Shown here piece after piece: positions 18,033-25,913 of a DNA stretch of 64,000 nucleotides (positions within the stretch are counted from its first letter, which is position 1; the number at the start of each line of letters is the position of its first letter). The notes below the pieces were generated by a model, which saw nothing but the letters and a program-made list of their open reading frames with translations, was not told the origin of the DNA and made no database searches. Made by a program: the position numbers and the translations under genes. Source of the stretch: Actinomycetota bacterium (GTDB lineage Bacteria; Actinomycetota; Acidimicrobiia; Acidimicrobiales; Ilumatobacteraceae); assembly GCA_037130535.1 (NCBI GenBank), contig JBAXSU010000001.1:14897-78896 (forward strand), in the 5' to 3' direction.

Positions 18033-20768
18033 GTGCGCGCCGACCGGGCCGAACTGACATCGCAGTACGCCTTCCCGCTCGACGGGTTCCAACTCCAGGC
18101 CTTCGACGCGCTCGATGCCGGTGAGTCGGTGCTGGTGGCAGCCCCCACCGGGAGCGGCAAGACGGTGGTCGCCGAGTACGCCATCGAAGCAGCCCGGCGG
18201 GCAGGGCGGCGAGCGTTCTACACCGCGCCCATCAAGGCGCTCTCGAACCAGAAGTACCACGATCTCGTCGAGCGGTACGGCCCCGATTCGGTGGGTCTGC
18301 TCACCGGCGACAACACCATCAACGGCGACGCACCGGTGGTGGTGATGACCACCGAGGTGCTGCGCAACATGATCTATGCGCGCAGCAGCGGCCTCGATCT
18401 GCTCGACGTGGTGGTGCTCGACGAGGTGCACTTCCTGCAGGACACCTACCGCGGCCCGGTGTGGGAAGAGGTCATCATCCACCTGCACGACGCGGTCCGG
18501 CTGGTGTGCCTGTCGGCAACAGTGAGCAATGCTCAGGAGCTGGCCGAGTGGATCTCCACCGTGCGCGGCCCTACCCGAGCCATCGTCGAGGAACGACGGC
18601 CCGTGCGTCTGGAGAACCTCTATCTCGTGGGCGACAAGACCCACGGGCGATTGCACCTGCTACCGGTGCTGGTGGGTGGTCGCCCCAACCAGAACGCACT
18701 GCGCATCGACAGTGAAGCAGCCCGGGCACCGCGCGGAGGTCGCCAGCGCAAAGGCACCCAGGGCCGACGGAAGCTCTATACGCCCACCCGGCTCGACGTC
18801 ATCGACGTGCTCGAGCACGACGAGATGCTGCCTGCGATCTACTTCATCTTCAGCCGCAACCAGTGCGATGAGGCAGCCCGTACGGCCCTGGCAGCAGGAC
18901 TACGGCTCACCACCGGCGACGAACGCGACCGCATCCGGGCCATCGTCGATGCCCGACTCGGTTCGATGGAAGCAGCCGACCTGGCCGTGCTGGGGTACAG
19001 CCAGTTCCTCGCCCAACTCGAAGCGGGCGTCGCCGCCCACCACGCAGGCATGGTGCCGCCGTTCAAGGAGGTGGTCGAGGCCTGTTTCACCGCAGGGTTG
19101 GTGAAGGTGGTGTTCGCCACCGAGACCCTCGCGGTAGGGCTGAACATGCCGGCCAAGTGCGTGATCATCGAGAAGCTCACCAAGTTCACCGGCGACCACC
19201 ATGCCTTCCTCAGCCCGGGCGAGTACACCCAGCTCACCGGTCGGGCCGGCCGGCGGGGCATCGACGACCTCGGCAACGCCATCGTGCTGTGGAGTCCCTT
19301 CGTTCCGTTCGACCAGATTGCTGCGCTGGCGTCGAGCCGCGTGTTCCACCTCAACTCGGCGTTCCGTCCCACCTACAACATGGCCGCCAATCTGGTTCGC
19401 TCGTACACCAGCGACCAGGCCCACCATCTGCTGAACCTCTCGTTCGCCCAGTACCAGGCCGACCGCGACGTGGTGAAGATCGAGGCGCGTCTCGAACGGC
19501 GCCAGCAACATCTGCGCGACCTCACGGCTGCGTCGGCGAGCCCCTTCGGCGATATCGACGGCTACCGGCGCCTGCTCGAACGGCGCAACGAGCTGGCTGT
19601 CGGACATGCGCCCTCGATCGGGCGCGACGACCCCATCACGCTGGCGCTGCTGAAGCTGAAGCCGGGCGACATCGTGTACGCCGACAAGGGTCGTTACGCC
19701 GGCCGGGTGGCCGTGCTGGCTTCGGCGCACCGCAAGAACGGCATCCGGGTGAGCGGCGTGACGACGCGGCGCGATCTCATCCAACTCGACGCCGCCGACT
19801 TCGACGAGGTGCCCCGCGCCATCGGCCACATCGAGTTGCCCGACGACTTCGCCCCCAACAGTGCCGAGTACCAGCGTGAGGTGGCCCGGCGCCTCGAACG
19901 CGCCGACGTGGAGGCGCACGCAGGGCGGCGACGACGAGTAGGCGAGATCGACGACGCGCTCGCCGTCCATCCCGTCGAGTCCGACCCTGATCTGGCCGAC
20001 CGGCTGAAGGCCGCGAATAAAGCGGCACGCGTGGCCCGCGAAATCGACGAGCTGCGCCAGCGCATGCGCGGCCGCAGCCAGACCATCTCGCGCGACTTCG
20101 ACCGAGTGCTGCGCATCCTGCAGAACTGGGACTATGTCGACGGCTGGTCGCTCACGCCCGCGGGCGACATTTTGGCGCGCACGTTCCACGAGTGCGACCT
20201 GCTCATCGTCGAGTGCCTCCGTCAGGGCCTGCTCGACGGGCTCGAGCCACCGGTGCTGGCGGCACTGGTGTCGGTGTTCGTCTACGAACACCGCAGCCCG
20301 GATCCGCCGCCTGCCCCGTGGTTCCCGTCGCCCGTCGCCCGTCGCCGCTGGCAGCGCATCCGTGCCGTGAGTGACGAGTTGCGTTCGATCGAGGACGCCG
20401 CCGGTCTGGCCGAGCACCGCCCACCCGACCCCACCTTCGTGGCCATCGCCTACGCCTGGGCAGCGGGGGAGGGCTTCGCCGAGGTGGTGGCCGACGAGGA
20501 GTTGAGCGGGGGCGACTTCGTGCGCACCACCAAGCAACTGATCGACCTGTTGCGCCAACTCGCCCTCGTGGCGCCCGAGCGCGAGACCCGACGGGCGGCA
20601 GATCAGGCGGCGCAGCGTCTGTTCCGCGGCGTCGTGGCCGCGTCGAGCGCGGTCGAGGTCGACACGGAGGCGGAGGCCCCCGTCGAGCCGGTCGTCGAGC
20701 CCGTTGCCGAGCCCGTTGCCGAGGTGCCGCCAGTCGGGGAGGGTCTCGGTGCCGATCCGCAAGGGTGA
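18033..20768 (+). CDS. helY: Ski2-like DEAD/DEAH-box RNA helicase
   Basis: 911 aa. Motif I APTGSGKT, DEVH box and SAT. It keeps the conserved position after tatC. Confidence 0.9.
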   Translation: MRADRAELTSQYAFPLDGFQLQAFDALDAGESVLVAAPTGSGKTVVAEYAIEAARRAGRRAFYTAPIKALSNQKYHDLVERYGPDSVGLLTGDNTINGDAPVVVMTTEVLRNMIYARSSGLDLLDVVVLDEVHFLQDTYRGPVWEEVIIHLHDAVRLVCLSATVSNAQELAEWISTVRGPTRAIVEERRPVRLENLYLVGDKTHGRLHLLPVLVGGRPNQNALRIDSEAARAPRGGRQRKGTQGRRKLYTPTRLDVIDVLEHDEMLPAIYFIFSRNQCDEAARTALAAGLRLTTGDERDRIRAIVDARLGSMEAADLAVLGYSQFLAQLEAGVAAHHAGMVPPFKEVVEACFTAGLVKVVFATETLAVGLNMPAKCVIIEKLTKFTGDHHAFLSPGEYTQLTGRAGRRGIDDLGNAIVLWSPFVPFDQIAALASSRVFHLNSAFRPTYNMAANLVRSYTSDQAHHLLNLSFAQYQADRDVVKIEARLERRQQHLRDLTAASASPFGDIDGYRRLLERRNELAVGHAPSIGRDDPITLALLKLKPGDIVYADKGRYAGRVAVLASAHRKNGIRVSGVTTRRDLIQLDAADFDEVPRAIGHIELPDDFAPNSAEYQREVARRLERADVEAHAGRRRRVGEIDDALAVHPVESDPDLADRLKAANKAARVAREIDELRQRMRGRSQTISRDFDRVLRILQNWDYVDGWSLTPAGDILARTFHECDLLIVECLRQGLLDGLEPPVLAALVSVFVYEHRSPDPPPAPWFPSPVARRRWQRIRAVSDELRSIEDAAGLAEHRPPDPTFVAIAYAWAAGEGFAEVVADEELSGGDFVRTTKQLIDLLRQLALVAPERETRRAADQAAQRLFRGVVAASSAVEVDTEAEAPVEPVVEPVAEPVAEVPPVGEGLGADPQG

Positions 20769-20802
20769 GGCCTGGGGTGCTACGGGCCCGGCGCCTGACG
20801 GG

Positions 20803-21378
20803 ATGGTGACGGTGCACTCAGATGCCGACCTGAACACCCTGGTCACCCGGTGTCGTCGGGCGGGCGAGCCGCTGCCCCCGGTGGGCCTGCTCGGCGGCGA
20901 CCTGATGCGTTGCGTGGGCGGTTCGGGTGACCCGACTCGGTTCGCTGGTGACGTGGCACTGCTGCCGGTAGACGTGGTGCGCGTCGACACGCCTGATGCG
21001 ACCGGCTGGTTCGTGGCCCATCTGATCGCCCGCCGAGGTTGGTGGCGGGGGGAACTGACAGCGGTGATGAACGGTCAGTACCTCTCGATACGGGGCGGCG
21101 CGACCTGGGACGTCTCGCCGCGAGCGCATCCCGGCGACGGGCGTGTCGACGTCGTGCGGGTCGACCGGGCGATGAGCCTGCGCGACCGCCGCACAGCGAA
21201 CCAGCGTCTGCCCCTGGGTGCTCACCTTCCGCACCCGTACATCTCGGTGCGTCAAGCCACGTCGGTCGATCTGATGTGGCAACGCCCCACCCGGGTGTGG
21301 CTCGACGGCCGTGTGTGGGCGACGGTTCGCGAGGCCACTGTCACGGTCGAGTCGGAGCCACTGCTGGTCTGCATCTAG
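20803..21378 (+). CDS. Hypothetical protein, weakly like the C-terminal beta-sandwich half of DAGK/YegS lipid kinases
   Basis: 191 aa from the internal ATG at 20803 (helY ends at 20768). ...AHPGDGRVDVVRV... resembles the DAGK accessory domain. No N-terminal catalytic GGDG domain is present. Confidence 0.45.
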   Translation: MVTVHSDADLNTLVTRCRRAGEPLPPVGLLGGDLMRCVGGSGDPTRFAGDVALLPVDVVRVDTPDATGWFVAHLIARRGWWRGELTAVMNGQYLSIRGGATWDVSPRAHPGDGRVDVVRVDRAMSLRDRRTANQRLPLGAHLPHPYISVRQATSVDLMWQRPTRVWLDGRVWATVREATVTVESEPLLVCI

Positions 21379-21405
21379 TCGCCTGGTCGAAGTACCGTCG
21401 CGCCC

Positions 21406-22641
21406 ATGGACACTGCACCAATCGGCACTGGTCGCGACGACACCGCCCGGATCGAATCGCTCAAGCAGCGCGTCTGCGCCGAGGTCGACCGCCTCGCCGA
21501 CCGCCTGGTCGACACGAGCAGGCAGATCCACGCTCATCCTGAACTGAACTACCAGGAAGTGTTCGCCCACGACTTGCTCACCCGGGTGCTCGACGAAACC
21601 GGACCGGCGGCCACACGCCACGCCTACGGGGTCGACACAGCGTTCGAGGCCCGCGCCGGCAGCGAGGGCCCCGAGATCGCCGTGTTGTGCGAATACGACG
21701 CTCTGCCCGGTGTGGGCCATGCCTGCGGACACAACGTCATCGCCGCCGCGGGCCTGGGTGCCGGTCTGGCCGCGGCAGCCCTGGCCGACGAGGCCGGAGG
21801 CCGCGTGCGCATCATGGGCACGCCCGCCGAGGAGGGTGGCGGCGGCAAGATCCGTATGGCACGCAAGGGTGCTTTCGAGGGGCTCGCCGCGGCGATGATG
21901 GTTCACCCCGCCGACGCCGATCTGGTGCGCATGGACTGCATCGCGATCGAGCAGATGCGGGTTCAGTACCACGGGCGCGCCGCCCATGCAGCCGCTGCTC
22001 CGCATGAGGGGCGCAACGCACTCGATGCAGCAGTGCTGGGCTACATGAACGTGGCGGCTCTGCGCCAACACATCCTGCCCACCGAACGCATCCACGGCGT
22101 GTTCACTCGTGCCGGCGACGTGGCCAACATCGTGCCCGCCGAGACCGAGATGTTGTGGATGGTGCGTTCACCCACGATTGCCTCGCTGCAGCCGCTGAAG
22201 CAGCGCGTGCGTACCGCGCTCGAAGCATCGGCTGCGGCCACCGGTTGTGGCTGCACAGCGGCATGGCAGGGCGACCCCTACGCCGACATGATCGACAACA
22301 GCGCCATGGTGGCCTCCTACGTCGGCAACGCCGCCCGCGTCGGTCGCACCGTGGTCGACCCGCGGGTGGTGGGCAAAGCCGTGGTGGGCTCTACCGATAT
22401 GGGCAACATCAGCTACCTGGTGCCTTCGATCCACCCCATGATCCAGGTGGCCGAGGCCGGTGTGCCCATCCACACACTCGAGTTCGCGGCATTTGCCGGC
22501 AGCGAATCGGGAGACCGGGCCGTCATCGACGGGGCCAAGACGATGGCGATGACCGTCATCGACCTGTGGTGCTCGGCTGCGCTGCGCGACCAGGTCGACC
22601 GCGAGTTCGCGACGCGACCTACTGGTGTATCGGTGCTCTGA
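21406..22641 (+). CDS. M20-family metallopeptidase/amidohydrolase (M20D, AbgA/IAA-hydrolase-like)
   Basis: 411 aa. ...IHAHPELNYQE... and ACGHNVIAAAGLG. Confidence 0.8.
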   Translation: MDTAPIGTGRDDTARIESLKQRVCAEVDRLADRLVDTSRQIHAHPELNYQEVFAHDLLTRVLDETGPAATRHAYGVDTAFEARAGSEGPEIAVLCEYDALPGVGHACGHNVIAAAGLGAGLAAAALADEAGGRVRIMGTPAEEGGGGKIRMARKGAFEGLAAAMMVHPADADLVRMDCIAIEQMRVQYHGRAAHAAAAPHEGRNALDAAVLGYMNVAALRQHILPTERIHGVFTRAGDVANIVPAETEMLWMVRSPTIASLQPLKQRVRTALEASAAATGCGCTAAWQGDPYADMIDNSAMVASYVGNAARVGRTVVDPRVVGKAVVGSTDMGNISYLVPSIHPMIQVAEAGVPIHTLEFAAFAGSESGDRAVIDGAKTMAMTVIDLWCSAALRDQVDREFATRPTGVSVL

Positions 22642-22704
22642 CCTGGTCGGTGGCGGGCGCCCTATCCCGGGGATTCGCCGCCGCGCCGCCTAGAGTTCGA
22701 CGTT

Positions 22705-24300
22705 GTGACGGTCTACGTCCCCGAAACGTTCACGCCCAGCGAAGCCGACATCCTGCGTCGCTATTTCACCAATCTCGACGGTCCGGTTTTCGCGCTCGTG
22801 AACCTGCCCGAGGTGGTGAAGGGCGCGCTGTTCGCCCGCTACAGCCGCAGCCCGAAGAGCCTGCGACGCCTGTTCCTCGACGAGTTCGTCGGCGACCTCG
22901 ACATCAGCGGCGACCAGTCGGTCGACGCAACGATGGGCCTGGAACGGGCCGAGGAACTGTATGAGAAGGTGTTCTTCGAGTACGGCGACGACTCGGTCGC
23001 GCAGCTCGGCGGCGTGCACCTGGCGTGCGAGCAGGCATCGAACGTGCTCACCAAGGTGCTCGAGTGGGGCCGCCTGATGAGCTACCTCGAACAGAGCACC
23101 CGATACATCGCATACGACGCACGCCTCGGTGGCCGCTACCGGTACTTCCGCGATCCGGCGCTGCTGTCGAGCCGCTTCGGCACCCGCTATGTGGGCGACA
23201 TGGACCGCATGTTCGACGCCTACAGCCTGCTGCTGACGAAGGTGACCGACCATGTGCGGGCCAGCTTTCCCCAGGGCAACGACTCCGACTTCGTCTTCCG
23301 GCAGGCCACACGGGCCAAGGCGCTCGACGCGGTGCGCGGTGTGCTGCCGGCCTCGTCATTGTCGAACGTGGGCATCTACGGGTCGGGTCAGGGATTCGAA
23401 CAACTGCTGCTGCGCATGCGCTCGCACCCGTTGCCCGAGGCCCGCCACTATGCCGACCTCATGCTGGCCGAGTTGCGCAAGGTGATTCCCAGCTTCCTAC
23501 GCCGAGTCGACCTCGCCGACCGCGGTGGCCGCTGGAGCGACTACCTCACCTCCACCCGCACTCGAACGGGCGAACTCGTCGATTCGCTGTTCGGCGAGAC
23601 GCCGGTCGACCGGGCCGAGTTCGTCGAACTCGTCGACTTCGACCCTGAGGCCGAGGACAAATTGTTGGCGGCCATCTGTTATCCGCATACGAACCTTCCC
23701 GAACAGCAGGTGCTCGAGCGGGTGCAGCGGATGGGCGCTACCGAACGTTTGGCGCTGATGCGCGCCTATGTGGGCGAACGCGAGAACCGGCGCCACAAGC
23801 CGGGTCGGGCATTCGAGCGGGTCGACTACCGCTTCGACGTCCTCACCGACTACGGCGCGTTCCGCGATCTCCAGCGTCACCGCATGCTCACGGTCGAATG
23901 GCAGCGGCTCACCCCGAACCATGGCTACGTCCGGCCCGAACTGATCGATGAGGCCGGGATGGCCGACGTGTTCGACGACGCCATGGCCCGATCGGCGTCG
24001 CTGTACGACGCGCTGAAAGACGAGTTCCCCGAGCAAGCCAGCTATGCCGTGTCGATGGCGTACCGCATCCGCTATTCGATGCAGTTCAACGCCCGCGAGG
24101 CCATCCACATGCTCGAACTGCGCTCGTCGCCCCAGGGGCATCCCTCGTATCGCCGGGTCGCGCTCGAGATGCACCGTCTCATCGCCGAACAGGCAGGCCA
24201 TCGCGCTGTCGCCGATGCGATGACTCACCTCACCGTTGCGGCCCCCGAACTCGAGCGTCTCGAAGCCGAGCGTCGGGCCGAGCAGCGTCGCGGTACCTGA
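22705..24300 (+). CDS. Long ThyX-like (flavin-dependent thymidylate synthase family) protein, internally duplicated
   Basis: 531 aa, about twice the length of canonical ThyX. The N-half carries WGRLMSYLEQSTRY and the C-half carries RHRMLTVEWQRLT. Both align in spacing to the ThyX motif RHRxxSxxxxSxRY. Confidence 0.7.
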   Translation: MTVYVPETFTPSEADILRRYFTNLDGPVFALVNLPEVVKGALFARYSRSPKSLRRLFLDEFVGDLDISGDQSVDATMGLERAEELYEKVFFEYGDDSVAQLGGVHLACEQASNVLTKVLEWGRLMSYLEQSTRYIAYDARLGGRYRYFRDPALLSSRFGTRYVGDMDRMFDAYSLLLTKVTDHVRASFPQGNDSDFVFRQATRAKALDAVRGVLPASSLSNVGIYGSGQGFEQLLLRMRSHPLPEARHYADLMLAELRKVIPSFLRRVDLADRGGRWSDYLTSTRTRTGELVDSLFGETPVDRAEFVELVDFDPEAEDKLLAAICYPHTNLPEQQVLERVQRMGATERLALMRAYVGERENRRHKPGRAFERVDYRFDVLTDYGAFRDLQRHRMLTVEWQRLTPNHGYVRPELIDEAGMADVFDDAMARSASLYDALKDEFPEQASYAVSMAYRIRYSMQFNAREAIHMLELRSSPQGHPSYRRVALEMHRLIAEQAGHRAVADAMTHLTVAAPELERLEAERRAEQRRGT

Positions 24301-24367
24301 TGCCGCTGGGTCCATATGGCCCTGCACGTCCGACATTCGACGTGATCTGGGTGTCGAAGCGATCCGA

Positions 24368-24419
24368 GTGACCTGTGTCACAGATACGATCGCGCCCCGG
24401 GTAGCGGGACGCTCGTATC
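24368..24419 (+). promoter_or_regulatory. Inverted repeats in the 155-nt leader of the DUF4193 gene
   Basis: GTGAC-N4-GTCAC at 24368-24381, followed by gatacga...tcgtatc arms at 24383-24419. Confidence 0.3.
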
Positions 24420-24455
24420 ATCCGCGGCCCACACGCTCGTTCGAAAGGGGTCGAC

Positions 24456-24950
24456 ATGGCAGCCGACGACGATGAGGTCATGGAGCCCGACGACATCGAG
24501 GAGATCGACGACGAGGCCGAACTGGTCGATGTCCTCGGCGACGACGAGATCGACGTCGAAGATCTCGACGAAGAAGCGCTGGCCGACGACGACGACGAGT
24601 TCGGCGGCCTGGCCGACGAGTTCGAAGAGGTCGAAGAGACCGAGGAAGAGGCAGCAGCCGCTGGTCCTGTCCGTCGTTCGCTGAGCGGCGACGAGGATGA
24701 CGACGACGACGACCTCACCACCCCCGACGATGTCGAGGCCGATCTCGACACCATCCTCAAAGATCGCCTCGTTGCGTCCGACGACGAGGGCAACGAAGAC
24801 GACGAGGAGCCTGAGGACCGCTCCGAGCAGTCCGACCGTCTGCAGCCCAAGCGGGCCGACGAGACGCTGTGCTCGAACTGCTTCCTTCTCGTCCGCCAGA
24901 CCGCCCCCAACTGTCCCGTCGGCGACGACGACTGCCCGCTGTTCACCTGA
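24456..24950 (+). CDS. DUF4193-family protein (highly acidic, C-terminal Cys cluster)
   Basis: 164 aa with Asp/Glu-rich tracts. Ends ...LQPKRADETLCSNCFLLVRQTAPNCPVGDDDCPLFT. Confidence 0.75.
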   Translation: MAADDDEVMEPDDIEEIDDEAELVDVLGDDEIDVEDLDEEALADDDDEFGGLADEFEEVEETEEEAAAAGPVRRSLSGDEDDDDDDLTTPDDVEADLDTILKDRLVASDDEGNEDDEEPEDRSEQSDRLQPKRADETLCSNCFLLVRQTAPNCPVGDDDCPLFT

Positions 24951-24955
24951 GCACC

Positions 24956-25441
24956 GTGCCAACAGATTCCGAACGTCCACCGCTCGAGCGCTTGCTCGAT
25001 CTCGCGCTGTACGCGCCCATTGGCATGTACACCGCGTGGAAAGAGGAACTGCCGGCCTTCACCAAACAGGGCCGCCAGGTGGTCGAGAACCGCGTCATGC
25101 TGGCCCGGTTCATCGGTCAGATGGCCGTGCAGCAAGGTCGCCGCGAAGTCGACAAGCGGCTCGCCGCGCGGCGCCCTCCTGCGTCGAGCGCAGTGGTCGA
25201 CGCCGTGGCATACGAGGCCACCTCGGCACCTACCGGTGTCGTTGTGCCCGTTGCGCCCGACGAGGTGCCCAGCGCCGACTCGCTGGCGATCTCGGGCTAC
25301 GAGAGCCTGCCTGCGGTGAACGTGGTGCAACGTCTGGCCACCCTGACGGCCGACGAGATCGAACAGATCCGCCGGTTCGAGGTGGCCAACCGCGGACGGC
25401 GCACCATCCTCGCCAAGATCGACGTCCTGCAGGGCGCATGA
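24956..25441 (+). CDS. Hypothetical protein
   Basis: GTG at 24956, 5 nt after the DUF4193 stop. 161 aa (...LLDLALYAPIGMYTAWKEELPAF...SGYESLPAVNVVQRLATLTADEIEQIRRFE...). The stop overlaps the GNAT ATG. Confidence 0.55.
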   Translation: MPTDSERPPLERLLDLALYAPIGMYTAWKEELPAFTKQGRQVVENRVMLARFIGQMAVQQGRREVDKRLAARRPPASSAVVDAVAYEATSAPTGVVVPVAPDEVPSADSLAISGYESLPAVNVVQRLATLTADEIEQIRRFEVANRGRRTILAKIDVLQGA

Positions 25442-25896
25442 GTCCGTCGCTCGTCGTACGGCGCGCCACAGCAGCCGATGTCGAGGCACTGGCCGCGCTC
25501 GAACACGAGGCCCGCGAGGCCATCATCGACGCCCGGGGCGGGGCAGCACTGCTGGCCGAACAACCCGCAGTGGGCGAGTGGGCGACGGTGTTGGCCGATG
25601 CGATGCGCGCAGTGTGGGTGGCCACCATCGACGATGTCGTCCTCGGTGTGCTCGAACTCCGGTTGCCGGAGCACGAGGGAGGCACCGGCGCCGTCCGTCA
25701 GGTGTACGTGGTGCCGGGTGCCCGCGAACTGGGCCTTGGCGACGAAATGCTGTCTGCCGCCATCGAGGCGACGGTCGGGGCCGGTGGTGCGACTATCGAA
25801 GCCGTCGCCCTGCCTGGCGACCGCGAGACGAAGAACCTCTTCGAGCGGTCGGGGCTGACCGCCCGGTTGATCACCGTGTCGAAGCGTCTCGGCTGA
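25438..25896 (+). CDS. GNAT-family N-acetyltransferase
   Basis: 152 aa. ...VRQVYVVPGARELGLGDEMLSAAIE... (acetyl-CoA motif A-like). Confidence 0.75.
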   Translation: MSPSLVVRRATAADVEALAALEHEAREAIIDARGGAALLAEQPAVGEWATVLADAMRAVWVATIDDVVLGVLELRLPEHEGGTGAVRQVYVVPGARELGLGDEMLSAAIEATVGAGGATIEAVALPGDRETKNLFERSGLTARLITVSKRLG

Positions 25897-25913
25897 GCCG
25901 AGCGCCCGCCAGG

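Noticed and set aside
18900-20990. 696-aa minus-strand ORF
   Set aside because: It runs antisense to helY and shows shadow-frame composition.
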